This document shows, one piece after another, positions 1-14,900 of a stretch of 64,000 nt of DNA; within the stretch, counting starts at the first letter, position 1, and each line of letters opens with the position of its first letter. Position numbers and translations under genes: made by a program. This DNA is from Glaucostegus cemiculus. Lineage: Eukaryota. The notes beneath the pieces were generated by a model, which was not told where the DNA came from, did not search any database, and saw only the letters and a program-made list of their open reading frames with translations. The stretch is taken from assembly GCA_976551045.1 (NCBI GenBank), contig CDPCPM010000011.1, positions 2,728,001-2,792,000 of the forward strand. The letters run 5' to 3'.

Positions 1-3000
1 TCAAGAGAGCACGGAAACCCTGTGTCAACAGCAAAAAAAAAGCACATGATCTCTCAAACTATCTATCTGTACCTTCTTTCCCTTTTGTGAAAAAGTCTGT
101 GGTTCTCATTGGCCTCATCAGTCAACTCAAGGCCTATAAATCCAGAGTTGAAGCAAGTAATCTTTGATCACGAGGGATCTCTCAAGAAGGAAGAGTTCTC
201 TTTGCTATTCTCAACTCCAGAATCTTTACCTTAAATCTTTGTCAGTTTTGATAGAACTGTGAACCTAGAAGGATTAAATTCACTATTTTGCTCTTCAAGT
301 ACTTGTTCTGACCCTTGGCAAGATCTGGCACAACACTTTTATAGTTATAAACCATATACACTAAGAAAATAGTTCTGGATTTATTTTTGGAGCGCATCCC
401 AATTTGATCAGACTTTTTTTTATCCCAATCTATTTTAAAGTAGCTGAACCTTATATAATTACAGTGGCATTAAATTAACAAAGATGTACCTAAGTTATCA
501 AAAACTGTTCTAGTGGATAAATAAAATATTTTTAAAAAATCAGCTTGAAGTATTAAATGGAAATTAAAGACTAAGGTGAAACAAGTAAACCGCCTACCTG
601 CACTTGTTCATTTGAAAGGGGTTGCTAACCCTAAGTAAGTAGTGAAGGTCATGTTGCTTTTCTCTGAGAAACTGAATGTGGAGTACATTTGGCCTCTGCT
701 CAAATTCTGTTGCTTCACGGTTGAATTCACTGAATGGGAGGTTAGATGTGCCAGTATTTCAATGCTTATGTGCTGAAGTTAGATGATATGAACAGCATAG
801 ATAACCCTCAGCTAAAGGTGAATATAATCCAGCCGTAGGTAATGTTGCGAGAGTTCTAGCACCTGCATTTTCCCTATGTTATTGTGGACAAGTTTACAGT
901 AAAATAAAAGGCACAACTATAAAAGAAAAACTTAGTAAACAACTATGTCTAAGTTGAGTCAGCCTCAGGAGTAAGTAATAAAATCCACTAAATGCAAATA
1001 TTAATGGCAATACAGTGATGTTCTCTGTTCATTAGCGTGCAGCTATGGGAAGGGAAAGCGCTGACTGGTAGTAAAAATTGAAGTCCATTTCCAAGCCACA
1101 TCCTTGAGGCTTTATTGTTGAAAGGAATCTGCAAGCATATTTAATAACTTTCATTTAATTGTACCCTCTAAGACAGCTTCACAGGGCTGTAGATAGTAAA
1201 CCTTGGCCACTAATGCATAGCCCCTATGTGGTTGTGTTCAGCATAAAAATATCTGATCAAAGTGTACAAATACAGTAGAGGCCTTTTAATTGTGAAATTT
1301 TGTTTCACAGAACAACGCTAATATTTTCTAGCTGGCAGTTAGATGAAATATAGAAAATGAGCTTGGTTCTGGTAAATCAGGTTTGCTTGTTTACATTATC
1401 ATTGTAGCGACTCAAAGAATTTCAGAACCTAAAACGCATGCAATTTAACAATGTGTTGGTCTTTGTTTAGGGAAAAAGTGACAAATTTCATGCCCACTGT
1501 GTGATGGTTTGGCTAACTTTTGTATGCATAGGGAAATCATGAATCCTTATTGTAGCCTGCAGACAAAACAATTATATCAAAGACTCGGTTTGATAGATGA
1601 CTGTATTTGAACTACTCATAAAAGGAAGTATATTAAAACTTGAAGTTCAAATTCCTTTGGCTTTAATTAACAATTAATTGAAATAAACTGAAAGTAACTA
1701 ATAAAATACAGTTGAACAGTTAACACCGTGGAAGCAAGTTGAAAGGAATGGTATGAAAAGTTCTGTGATAGCTGAAAAGAACCATGTTAAAATGAGTTTG
1801 AGCACTTCAATGGGTATTTACCATACATTACATGAAACATGGTGTAGGTGACCTTAATTCCAACAAGATATGTGGGTGCCTGATGGAAGAAATGGGAAAA
1901 GAATCAGTGCTGCAATGAAGGGTGCTTTTTAACATTGATATTGAAGAATATTGAACTTTCTGTACTATCTTTGCACTGTTGAGTTATATTAGGATATTTT
2001 AAAAATAGTGTTCTCATTGCATTGCATTGCATTTATTCAACAGAAAATAATGAACAATATTGTGTTTTCCCTATGTGAGGAAAATCTTTCAAAAGTGGAT
2101 TAAACTCTGAATGTCATTGTTCTAGCATTGTGCTTCCTCCCCATATTACTGATCTATTGAGGGAAATGTATTCAAATAGCTAACAGCCCAGGTGAATTAA
2201 GCCATAATCAGATCTATCCTTGAAATTGCAGCTATTATGGATGTGCTGAAGAATCTGGGAAACATCTCCCTTCTGGTTAACAGCATGTGCACTATGTACC
2301 AGCAGAGCTTTTACATCACCTGTGCCCCTTAATCAATAAACATCTGTTTCCCATTCAATTTACACAAGCTTGTTTTATTTTAACATGTGTTTTTAATTTG
2401 AGCAAGTACCTTGTTTTTGCTTTGTGGATTGATTTTTAATTAATAAGCTGGCTGGTGGAATTGGTTAATGTTTCTGTTAATGAAGAATAAAAATGAAAGC
2501 AGTCATCTTGGTCAGAACTATCTGGCACTGCTTTATGGAAAATGTAAATGAAGAAGGGGGGGATGGGAAACAAGTCTCCCATTCCCACAAACCGTACCCC
2601 CACCTTTTTTAGGTAATCTACTTTTTGTTCACATTAGAAAGCATGCAAGGATATATTACTGCCACACTTTGTTTCCATTTTGATTCCAGTACATGCATTC
2701 TGCGGATTGAAGTTGGTACTCTACAACAAGTCGGTCTGAGACCACATAAGAGACTAATCTAACATCAGGGACATTAATGAAAAATACAATCTGGCAATAT
2801 GTCTTTGTAGCAATACCACACCAACTTCATTATGGCATGACACAAATTCATCATTTTTCAACAACCTAATTTCTGTTTGTAATTTCCTTCTACTGCTGTA
2901 GCATAATTTAGTCTACAATGAACAGTGTTCCCTGCATCAGCAAAACTAAATTCATCATTAATTACTATTTTAAATGTTTCATTGTGGGCATCAGAATATG

Positions 3001-3120
3001 CAAAATATTTGGTGGGTGAGGAAGTAAAATACCAAATGCTATTTCATTTCTATCCAATGCACAAACTTCAGGTTCCTGAATGCTTCAGCTGTGCTTTGAA
3101 CAGTGGGCCAGAGATTCCTG

Positions 3121-3456
3121 GACAGCACTATGGTGAAGTTAGTAGAACCACCACCTCATGTCAGAAACCTGGATTCATTCCTGACTTTGGGTGTCTTGGG
3201 GCTGTTTGCATGTTCTCTCTATGACTGTGTGGCGTTTCCTCTCACATCCCAAAGATGTGCAGATTAGTAGGTTAAGTGACTGCTGTAACTTGCCCCTAGT
3301 GTGTGAGTGAGTGAGTGATGGAATCTGGGGGGAGTTGATGAGAATGTGGGGAAAAATAAAATGGGGTTAATGTGGGATTAGCTAAATGGGTTGTTAATGG
3401 TCAGTGTGGATTTGATGGGCCAAAGGGCATGTTTCCCTCCTGTATCTTTCTATGAA
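3121..3456 (+). mobile_element. V-SINE (HE1-like) with CR1/HER1-type 3' tail
   Basis: tRNA-like head, V-domain (gtttgcatgttctc...tttcctctcacatcccaaagatgtgc) and tail gatgggccaaagggcatgtttcc...ctgtatctttctatga. Confidence 0.8.
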
Positions 3457-3764
3457 TCAAGGAGCCATTTATAATGTGACATCGTTGTCATCCACCTTAC
3501 AAAACCCCCACAGTAAATTAGGGGATTGAGAGTGCAGAGTTGAAGGGTTGCCTGTCTTTTTTTCTTCCTATTTTTGAATATGGTGCTTTGCTGCGGAGTC
3601 GCAATGTTCAGTTATCCAGCCTAGGACTGATGGTGCACAAGCGTGATTTGAGAAAAGCTATCTTGACTTTCATTCACTTTTTAAAAGCCAAGCCACTTGA
3701 CATTATTTCTTTCTCTATGCATTCTCCTAACAGTAAGTAGACTGATTAAATATTTTCAAAGTAA

Positions 3765-4356
3765 AGAAACTGTGATATTGAGTATAAAAGTTTGAAGTCA
3801 TGTTGTAGCTGTGTAATACTTTGGTTAGGCCACATTTGGAGTATTGTGTGCTGTTCTGGTTGCCACACTGTGATAAGGATGTGGAAGCTATGGAGAGGAT
3901 GCAGAAAGAGGTTCACCAGGATGTTGTCTGGAATGAAGTGTATTAGCTGTAAGGAGAGGTTGGACAAACTTGGATTGTTTTCTATGGAGTGTCGGAGGCT
4001 CGGGTGAACAGATGGAAGTATAAAAATTGAGGGACATGGATAAGGTTGATGGTCTTTTTTCAGAATGAAAATGTCAAACTTCGGAGGGCAAGTTTAAGGT
4101 GAAAAGGGAAAGGCTAAATGAGTTTGGCAAGTTTTTTTTTACACAGTGGTAGGTGCCTGGAACGTGCTGCCAAGGGAAGTGGTAAAAGTGGATTTGATAG
4201 CAATGTTTGCGGCATTTATGCAGACACATGAACAGGGAAGTAATGGAGGGATGCAGATCGCATGCAGGGAGATTGGATTAGTTTAGATTGGCACCATGTT
4301 TGGCACAGATATGGTGGCCCAGGGCCTGTTCATGCGCTGTACTGTTCCATGTTTTA
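3765..4356 (+). mobile_element. CR1/HER1 LINE 3' fragment
   Basis: Typical CR1 ORF2 C-terminal sequence (ggttaggccacatttggagtattgtgtg, aggttcaccaggatgttg) and tail gggcctgttcatgcgctgtactgttccatgtt. Confidence 0.85.
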
Positions 4357-5439
4357 TAAAAGATCATACAGTGTACACTTCTATGTACATGAATGTACTT
4401 CACTTTTTAAACCCATGTGTGTTTATCCATGGATAAATTGTCTGCTCTTCCTTGCCAGATCCTTATCAACAAAACAAAGGTTGAGGTTACCTTTTAACAA
4501 GGCTGACTTGTTGATGTCAATCAAAATACTGCCCATTGTATGATCAGGGAAGAAGAAAGGCTATCATCATTTTGTGGAAATTATCTAAGATATAATAATG
4601 ACTCTTTCCCTCTCCCTCTCAGCAACTTAAAGACAATTATTCTTAATCATCAGCAGCAACTGGATTAATGGAATAAAGTTAAAACCTCTGCATGTTGATG
4701 CTGGATGTTTTGAGATTTTGTAGAAACATCTACAAGCATTGTGTATATTTTCAGTTACCTTTCGAGGTAGTAATAATACTAAATCCAGATATAGTATTAA
4801 ATAATTGAAATTATCCTGGTAGGTTTATAAATTGAAGAAAATCTCTTAATTTGCATAAGTATATTGCTGCTATTATTATTGTGTGTTTGTGCTGTTTTGG
4901 AATTTCATTTGTTCTTGCTACTACCCAGCAATTTCTTAACTGCTGCCTCCAGGCCATACAAAGCCTACCCCACAGCTGATATTCTGTATCCTTTTCTCGC
5001 TGCTGTATTTGGGTTCACTTTGGAGTTTTCCATTTTTGGTGAAGCTATTCGTGCAGGTTTTTATAGTGCTTATGTTAAATAGAACTTGTAATAACATTTT
5101 ATCAGCTCAGTTATAGGCATTATATACCATTGCCCCTGTATTTAATGGCCTGTTGTATGTAATTGGATGATAAGTGTAGCTTACTGCTCAATGATAAATG
5201 AGGGAAGCAGGGCAGGATGATGATGGGGTGTCAGTGATCTGATGCAGTAGCTCACATGCGCTTCCTTGTTTCAAATTTCCAGATTTTTCTCAGTTGCATC
5301 TATTTACACCTCTAAACACATTCACTGGCATTAACAAATCTTTTCTCCTGGTCTCCACCCCATAACAGACAATTTACTTTGTTGTTCTTGCCCTTTCCTC
5401 TTCCCTCCAACTTAACTGTGCCTGCATTCTAAAATTTCC

Positions 5440-5560
5440 GTTCTAGTGAAAGATCTGTATGAAACATTAACTCTTTCTTTTCACGTTTGCACCTTGACCT
5501 ACTGAGTACTTATAGCATTTTCTGTTTCAGATTTACAGCATTTGCAGTTTTTTGATTTCT
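5440..5560. mobile_element. Short Penelope-like non-autonomous repeat fragment (same family at ~26363-26520, 32765-32960, 38025-38140, 44770-44858, 46503-46792, 52555-52675)
   Basis: Shared motif gaaacattaactc...gacctactgagt...agcattttctgtttcagatttacagcatttgcagtt. The Penelope assignment is from recalled resemblance only. Confidence 0.5.
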
Positions 5561-8500
5561 CCAATGATTTATTTGAAATACTGTATTTTGCAATTCTCTG
5601 CTTGCTAACTTGATTTGAGAATTTTCCATTGAATCTAAATGTCTGCATGAATTACTTATTACAGGTGGAAATGCTATTGCCAATATATCATGCTCAGTAA
5701 CTAAAAGTAAAATGGTGCAGTAAATTTACTCAATAAGTCTTAAATTAAAAAAAAGCCCAAATTCAATGCTAATGCATTCTGAATCATAGTGAACTTGATG
5801 ATCTACAATTGATCTTGTTCATGGATTAGACAGGAAAATCATCAGGGTCCTTGGCTTGATGCTTTTCAAATACCCCCTGCAGAAGGTTGTGTCTGACTGT
5901 GCATTCGTCTATCTGTTGTCTTGGATGAAGATCCCAATGTTTGAATTGCTTGCTGAAACTATTCAAATTCATATTGTATATAGGTAGCAAGTCATTGGGA
6001 AGATATAGGAAGACAGCTGAGGCTACGGAACAGCTCATAAGATGTTATAGGAAATAACATTTTTGTCTTCAGAAAACAAAACTTTCCAGCGAAAGGAAGA
6101 AAATTGAAAATTGCTTTTGCTTTGTGTTCTTGCATTGAGATAAAACAAATGATGCCAATAATTAAGCTAAGCAGAGAAGAAATGAAAGATGGCCTTTACC
6201 AACATAGTGCAGTTGTAAATGGCATCTGCAAAATACCAGCATCTTCCATCAGATATATTTGGAAGTAGTGGTTATGATCTGAACTTGTGCTTGGCATAAA
6301 GTTCAAATGATTGTAATGTACCTGATCAAAAATGAGTAGGTGTTCAAATTTCCACTGAGCTTCACTGTGATTCCTTTAAGTGAAGACGCTTCACAAGTGT
6401 TGATGCAACTCTCAAACCAAAACAAAAAAAAAAGTGAGGCTGTAGGGTACCCTTGAATGAGGGGTTTTAAATGATTCAGCAAGTTACATGGCGCTTCATT
6501 TAATTGGAGTTAAGGAATTGAAATGGGATCACATTCCACAATTTGGTTTGTTTTGTTTTACAAAAATTGAAACTCAGTGGTCCTGTGTGATAGAGTAAAG
6601 CAGCTGTTTAAATGTAAGGGTAGTGAGACACGTGCTGTGACTTCAGCTGAAGTTTTCACAGTGTTCCGTCCAGTGATGAGCATGAGTGGATATGCTGCAG
6701 TTCTACAGGGGGAATGGAACTAATAGCATTTTCTTATGCTGTGAACCAGCATGGACCTGATAGGCCAAATAGCTTTCCACGTCATAAATATGAGTTCTAT
6801 TATAGCAAAAAAAAATCAAGTATTATATTCAAGGAAGAGAATCTATATTGCAAGAACACCAAGGTGTGTTTCTGCAAACTATTTGATGGACTCTGACCTG
6901 AGCACTGTATATTTATGGAGTCTACATCATGGATCTTTAAGCTTTCTGATGTCAGACTCAACAATGGCTCAGTCTTCTCAAGACCAATCATGTGTTTTCT
7001 ACTTCTGTTCCTGGCAATTTGCTTTCTGTGCAGGTTATCTTTAAATGTTTGTGACTTAATCACCATTAATTGAACTAATGTGATCAACTATTCAGCTTTT
7101 AGCACTTTTGAGAATAATTCTGTTTAGGATTGCACTTGGTATGTGAGTATTCTTTGTGAATGAACACCTGCAGACATGGGCCAGCACGGACAGGACTGGG
7201 AAACCCTGGTTAATGAAAATGTAGAAGGCTACTTTCTACAGGATCCTTCAGTATAGACGCTAAGTTAAGAGAGCAGTGCCTGTAGCATAAACTATTCTTA
7301 AATCAACAACCCATCAAAAAGGTGTTTGTAACTCAGTTTAAGAATCACTGGTGAATAATGCAACATTTGGATAGATCTTGGCTTATTCATAGCAGAACCA
7401 TTGCAAGAATACACTTATCAAGGGCTTTGCGTGTTCTAATGAAATGTGTTGTGCTGCATATACTTTCACAAGGTTATTCAGAAGAGCTTGTTTAAAGCTA
7501 CATGAATGAAATAAGAAGATTAGGCTAAAGGTATTTACTAGTTAGTGGGAATCAATGATAAAGTTTGGCACTCTTCCATCACAAGTTGTAAAATGATACT
7601 TGGCTGAACTGCAGTAGAAGGCATTTGGCCAAAATGCAAGAAATAGAAGTTGTGACAAATACCTGGAAAAAGTGGTATCATTTAGAATGTAGCCACACAC
7701 TCATCCCACCTCGACGTTAGCATTTGCCTGGTGTACCAAGAGTTATTGATGCAATTCATACAAAATAAATTTTGAGGAAAATCTGTATCTGTTATACAGA
7801 CAAAACCAGAAAAAAATGACTAAGTTTGAATTTTGTTCATAGGAGTAATACTATTGCTGGAAGTGGGTACCATAAGGGAAGATGCAGGTTGTTTATAGTA
7901 ATGTAGAACACTTGCGATGTACATAATGAAGATTAAATAATTATTCCAGTTTAGCCTACTGAATATTTTGGTGGTAGTTTGATGTAATGTCATTGTCTAA
8001 CCCCTGTATGTTACTTTTAACCTGCAAGCAGATCTTTACAAGCAGTAATTCATTTGTGGGTATTCATTTAATCCACTCAGATAATGAGCATCATTGGTAA
8101 GATTTTTAAGAAAGGTACTTTTTTAGTGAACTTGACCATCTGTTGTTAATTGTCAGTTTATTATTTGTTGATGGTTGACTGAAACATGAAGAATATGAAT
8201 GGACAAACCTTCACCTTTCTCCTTGGACTGATCTTTGAAGTCCGTGAAGGGTAATTTGCCAGAAATCAACAAAGTTACAGTTTAGTTTCACTGAATTTGA
8301 AAATGAATTTTAGTTGCTCTGGCTATAAGACATTAAGAGGCAACTTTTATTGATGTTTTAGACTGTTGAAGTAATCCTGTGAATTATACTTATTATGTTC
8401 AATATGGTCAGAACATCACAGTGAGAAATTTTGAGTGTTTGGAGGATAAACAGTAGAAATCAGTGGATCAGGAAGCAGTTTTGTAAGTTCAAGTAGATGA

Positions 8501-9424
8501 GCCAGCCCAGTCTGGTTATACTTTCAGGGCAGTGTGACCTTTTTCATGGAAATGTAGCGAGTTTATATCATAATTTATGTTATTTGCATTGTTATACTCT
8601 CTGAATTCAAGTTTACTTTATTTACAACACAGAAGGAGGCGATTTGTATCCATTGCCAGCTCCCAGCAGAGCAACCTCATTCCCTCTCTTAGTCACCTGA
8701 AGCCCCACAATGTATCCTCTATAGGAGGAAAATTGGAAATTTTCTACCTGTTCGATAACTTCCAACATTCCAGTTCCAATTAGTTCTAGAAACGTAGGAG
8801 TAAGTTAATAAATCCAGAGTATCTTTTACCCTGAAAAATCTCACTGGCACAATAAAAGGCATTGACGGGTCTGTGAGACAGATTTCTTAAAAATAGGATG
8901 CATGTGTAATGAAAGAGGGCAGTTCAAACAGTGAGAAATAAAATGATGATCCCGATAACTGTGGGTGACCTCGTGTATTTTAAAGTTCTGTACATGAGAA
9001 AATCTCTAATAGACAATGTAATAAGCCAAAGAGGTGACCATTTAACATGTTTGCTGAAATGTTGGCCCACTCGGTTCCATGACTTGAGAGAATCACTTGT
9101 ATTAAGAATGTGCAACTGTTATTTTACTTAAATGATTTAAGCTTTCAAAGTACTACTTTCATGCAGTATCTGTACAGGCTGCTGACTTGTTGCTAATGCA
9201 GAATAATAATTAAAAATGGAGAACAAATAGGGAAGGGAGTGGAAATTCATCCTATTGGTGGAATGGAGCACCAGATTTAGTGTAGGGTTTTTAACAAGGT
9301 TCAAATTCCACTTTATTTTGTAATTTTTATCACTGAAAAATCTTCATTCAAATTACTTGATTTACTATCCAACTTGTGGACTCTTTAAGTAGGTTATTCC
9401 TGTAATTCTTTATCTTATAGTGAC

Positions 9425-9747
9425 ATATGAGACTGCCAATCAACCCATCAGGTTCATGTTGGTTCCCAGGTGAGTAATTAGTCCCATTCCCTGTATTTCT
9501 GATTCTGTGCAACTTGCTCTTTCTTGAATATACCCATTAGCTCTGATTATTTTTGTCATGAACCTATGTTAATGGGTAGCTAATTAACCCGTATGAGCAT
9601 CTTTGGAATATGGGAGGAAACTGGAACACACAGAGAAAACCTAAGTGTCACAGAGAGACATGCAAACTCTGCACAGACAGCACCCAAAGTTGGGATTGCA
9701 CCTGGGTGCCTGGAGCTGAGGTAGCAGCACTAACTGTTTCATAACCA
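9425..9747 (-). mobile_element. V-SINE (HE1-like), minus strand
   Basis: catctttggaatatgggaggaaactggaacac...catgcaaactctgcacagacagcaccc is the reverse complement of the V-domain seen at ~3200, followed by the tRNA head. Confidence 0.8.
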
Positions 9748-11259
9748 TTGAAAGTATTTAACAAAATAGCCAGGTCAAAATATCCCTTAATTCAACAAGT
9801 CTTATTGATGTTGACAAGCTTGATAGCTAATTATTTCAGTCCTATCTATAGAGTGGGTGCCTGGACAATGGGGTCTGATTTCAAATCTAAAGGTCAAATT
9901 CACCTACATTTCAATTTACCTACATTTTAAAATCAATTTACAAGAGAGGGAGAAGTGTTCTATAATTATTATCACTGTAAAGATCTTTTAAGTTACTAGT
10001 ATCTTTTTAATCTGTAAAAACAGATTAATTAACTGTTAACAGGTTAATGAGTAAAAGTCCAATTTACTGTTGACAGAGCACCTTCCTTAGATATTACTAC
10101 ATTGAGTTTTCAAAATCAGCTGCAGATATAGACAAATACTGAACTTTGAATCTGTGTTGGCATCAAGAATAATCCTTTTGCCAGTGCTCTCATGTGTAAA
10201 CTTGCAGATTTAGGATATAACTGAGGTTTGGGTTTGGATATATATATATATCATCCTATGATGCAGTTCTTCTACAGCTTTGCTACAACTCCACCAGAGG
10301 TAGCTGTTCCACTTGTAATCCAGCTTTTATTACTTTGTTGTTTACCCCAATAAGAACCCTGCTACCTCAAGGTTATTCAAAAGGAAGTTGCTTTTCATTA
10401 CAAACCTCTTCATAGCTTTCTAAATGTGCATGTTTCACATTTACAAAGGTAATGCTAATATTTATTATTAAGTATCGTTAACTGGAAATTTTGAAGCAAA
10501 ATTTAGCCCGCTGATAAATATAAAGTTTTTTGTACAAAAGAATGCTATCTTGATTGTTTTTGTGAGTAGATGTTATTAATTTCTGGGACCTGCAGATAAA
10601 ACAGTAAGCAATATTAGACCAACCTTCTAGTTGTGTGAGTAAGATGCTGCTTCAGAAATTTGCTTAGCCTGTAAGAATTTGTTGATTGTAATGCCATGAG
10701 AAAGCAGGTTTTATAGTCCAACACACTTGGCTTGTAAAACCAGACACCACTCATAAAGTCTTAAGTGCCGGACTATTTTGCCAATATTATACAAAACAAC
10801 CTCCAGGGTGATTGCTAGATTACCGTAATAATTATGTATTCCAACTTAGATTGTTTCTTATGAGATGAATATAGCTCCTCAATGATCATTTAACTCTAAG
10901 AATATGTTAACTTGCATCCTCTTGCTCCCTTTAATTTTATATCCTGCTGTGGAAATGGCTAGCTTGAGAGAATCTTGTGTGGTCACAATGCAGTTTACAC
11001 ATTTGTAAAATATTTTAAAGCAATGTTTAATATCCTTACATAACAATAATGTTTTTGAAGTGCCTTTAGCAATTGTCTTTGAAATAAAAGTCTACTTACA
11101 ACATAAAATTTAAATTAAGGTTATTAAACATTGCTGGCATTTTCCACATTAATGTTGTACAGTATTTAGAGCTAAGGGTTTGTCTGGTTTCTTGTGATGG
11201 GTTACAGATTTCACTGTTAACCTGCTCACTGATGCTTTGTGGATCACTTGGCTTCAAAC

Positions 11260-11950
11260 CTCCAAGCATAGATCAAAGAGCATCATTCCAGGGGTGAGCT
11301 GAGTTTGACTGCCCATAACATTTGACACAATGTTGCAGCAAGGAGGCCTGGCAAATCTAAACTCACTAGGTATCAAATGGCTGGAATCGTACTGCATACA
11401 AGGGAAAATGGTTGTTATCGGTGGAGAATATTTACCTCGGGTGTTTCTTTGCTCAGTGTGCTGAGTCCAACAATGTTTAGTCATTACATCTATCATAAAG
11501 TATAATGTGGAAATGCTCAATGATTATGTAGTATTGAGTTTCATTTGAAATAGTGAGGAAAATGGTGCTCACTTGGATATCATTCAGACAAGGACATGTT
11601 GGCAAATAACATTTCTGCACACAAATACCAGAAATCTCTACCATGAACAAGCCCAATACCTGTTCCATCTCAATGAGGTTACTATTACTGATTTTCCCCA
11701 ATTTCAACAGCTTGAGGATAACTAATCAGAAACCTGTCACGTGCACACAATGGCTCTAGGAGTTGGTTAGAGTCTCGGTATCCTGCAGTGAGTGAAGCAA
11801 CTCTTGTCTCACTCAGGAGACGAGTATTCTCCACCCATGCTTAAGAAACCCAATACCAGGATATTTAGACCAGTAAACCTAGACTTGCAACTGTTGCCAT
11901 CACAATAACTGCCATCGCAAGGTAATTTATTGTGGTTGTTCTCCATATTG
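11260..11950 (+). mobile_element. Highly decayed CR1-type LINE (RT region)
   Basis: Residual similarity (ttggcaaataacattt...cacacaaataccag; ggtatcctgcagtgagt) to the LINE family also seen at ~24500 and ~54900. Confidence 0.5.
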
Positions 11951-14900
11951 ACATCTATAGATAGTGAACCTTGAGATGAGAGCTATAAAAGCAGAGGCTA
12001 CAGGACAGATGTGGTGTGCATTTTCATTGGCTTATGGCCGACACAAGAAAAGATACTTTAATATCATTTAAATGTGAACTAATGCCTGTTCGGGAAAAGA
12101 TGAAAAACTGCACACAGTAAAAGTAAACTTGATTTCCCCAACGTTTAGAAGATTGTACATTTTATGTGGATTTCATCTGACATCCATTTTTTTTCTTTTT
12201 TATATGTACTACTGCTTTAAGCTTTTATAGAGAAAGCACCTTTTCCTTGGTAGTTTCTGAAAATTTGCTAAAAAGCCTCAATTCATTTTTCTCATTTTGC
12301 AAGTTGATCTTTTTTGTAATTTTTTTCAAACCCTGTTGTGAATATTTACATTCAATTACATCACACCCAACATTATTACTCGATTCCTTGTCAGGATTTA
12401 AATTACATAGACCCATTACATGCCAATTTTATGAGAGAAAAGCTTTTGTTTGAAGTTTACTTTTGAATTTGTAGGTATGCCAGGACAAAATGCTATTTGT
12501 GCATGTTCAATATGTGCCTATTGAATTTCCACTTCTTTAACTATTTATCTTAATTACTGACCAGCTGTGCTCTGTTTTCAAATGTCTTACGATCCTGATA
12601 AATCACAAGACATGTCTTAATGGTAGACAACTATTCAGAAAATAACAGGTGGTACAGAGTAAACAAAATATGCTCAATCCCTCGTTGAAATTAATTTTAG
12701 AGGTGCAAGCACTAGTTTGCATCATGAGAAACCAGATCAGTTTTGAAAGTTCTTTCATTATGAATAATTCCTCTGTACTGTTCTTGTTGGGACCTATCTC
12801 ATTTGTCCTAAATTGTAACTAAAAACAACTACCTGCTTTTACCAGTCATTTCAAAGTTGCTAAGTAGAAATGTTTGCATGCCTTGGTGTTGGCATCTTTT
12901 ATTTCTATTACCTTTGATTTTTGTCATTGTGTTATTACCTTCATGGTTCATATTTAAGGAAACAAAGTATTTTGTGATTCTTCCTGGAAATTTAGTTGGC
13001 ATGTCAAATATGAAAACTACAGATGTGAAAACACTAGCTGGTCTGTGCAACCTTCCCAGTGAAGTTGTGAATCCTAATGCAGCATGTCTAAAATTCTTTT
13101 TATTTTGCGCAAGAAAAAAGTCCAAGGCCAATTAACAGGACAAAAACTGGAAAATTTCTTTAGATATTTGAATATAATCCATGAAACCACGTTGACCATG
13201 TTAAATGGTAACAATGTTTTGCCTGCGTTGGATTACATTGCATACAGCAATGTAAGTTCTCTTAGAGATATAAACCTCAACTTGTGCCATAAGATTATAG
13301 TTATCTATGATGAGTACAGCCTAATTTCTGACATGTTTCCTCCCTTGTGTGCTACACCTCCGATCCTCCAACCTGTCTCATTGACGCTGTTTGTTAACTT
13401 GTAGGCCATCTCATTCCTTAATTATTTTAGACTCAGTCAAATCACCACTGAATCCATGCTCTTGTAAAGTATATAGGCCTATTTATATCAATGCAACTGT
13501 TTACACTTTAGTGAGTGGCTACATTAGGATTAAGCTAAGGTCCTTTACATGGGGAATTGTAGCAGCTCTGCTAACATTTTTGCAAAGGAAGTGTTATCAC
13601 CAGATGAGGTTTTTGGAATCTTTATGACCACTTGCTTAATTATTCCACTGTTATAGTTTTTCTTGTATATTTGAGTACTTAAATACTTGACCTTTGCATT
13701 GCAAGAATATGCCAGGTTCCAAGCTTGAGTGACATGCAATGTTAGAAATATAATTCTATGTGAAGCATACTTTCTCTAATTGTATTGCCCTCAATGAGAA
13801 ACTGTGGGGGGTGGGGGTGGAAAGTGAGGGATGTATATATAGAGAGTATATATAGAGTTATATAGAGAGCATTCCAGTTACTTGGTTTTGTCCAGCTAGA
13901 TTGGAATAAAATGCTTTTCCATTTCACTTTCATTGCCTGCATATCTTGTTTTCACTACTGTTGGCTTTTTAAATACAACTTATTAATATCCTACGAGTTT
14001 GAAACCCAGCAATAAGACTTGCTAGTTAACCTCATGTTACATTGATGAGGCTATCAATAATGTTGTTTAAATCGAATTCTGCTCTTGTGTTTTCTGGTTG
14101 TATGTAAAGATATCTTCCAAACACTTAACTCCAGCATGTTCAGCTAACTTACACATTTGGTAGAATTTCATCTATAAGGGTGTCTTTAAGTTCTTGTTTG
14201 TTTTGAATGTACATTAATTAGGAACAGTTCATTGGATCTGAATAATGTGTAACAGCATTCTGTGAAATCAGCTAGATTTAGTAGCCATTTAGAAAAACAA
14301 ATTGCCACCTAGGTTTCATTGTTGTAACAAAATCATAATTGGATCCTGCTTACCCTTTCACTACCAAAAATGCATCCTGATTTGAACAGACTCTACTCCA
14401 GAATGCAAAAGAGTTTTTTTTATTATGGACAACTTGTAAGTGGGAATAAACAGACTTTCTGCAGTGTTTCCTTTCTGCATTTGTGCCTTTTTGAACTATT
14501 TTGGTTAGAATCGCAGTTGTATAGTATCGCAGTTCTCAGCTCTTTAGAGTAGCAGCAAAACTAACAACTTGTAGCATGAAGGGTCTTTGTCAGCTGACAT
14601 ACCATTCCAATTAGGTTGGTAAGATGTGGGCTGTTGGCTCTTCTGTATCATTAAGATGCAGGAGTACAAAGCTTAAGCGTCACTTGCAGGTGGAATGCTT
14701 CCCTGCAGTGTGGTGCTTGCTTCTATCAGATTATCTGAGCTTGGGTAATGGGCGTCCTGGAACATGAGCTCTTCACTGCCAGTCGGGAGTCAAATGCTGA
14801 ACCACTTGACCTATCAGGCAACTCTTAATACTTTAATTTGAAGCATGTTGTTTGAGGAGTTAAACCTGCAAATTAAACAGCTCTTCATTATTTTTGTGGT

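Noticed and set aside
4864-5082. Hydrophobic ORF as a possible SLC38A10 transmembrane exon
   Set aside because: No resemblance to the recalled SLC38A10 transmembrane sequence and no convincing splice sites; T-rich DNA yields hydrophobic translations.
6673-6760. C/D-box snoRNA candidate (GTGATGA...CTGA, 88 nt)
   Set aside because: The terminal stem is poor and I recognise no rRNA/snRNA guide; such box pairs are common by chance.
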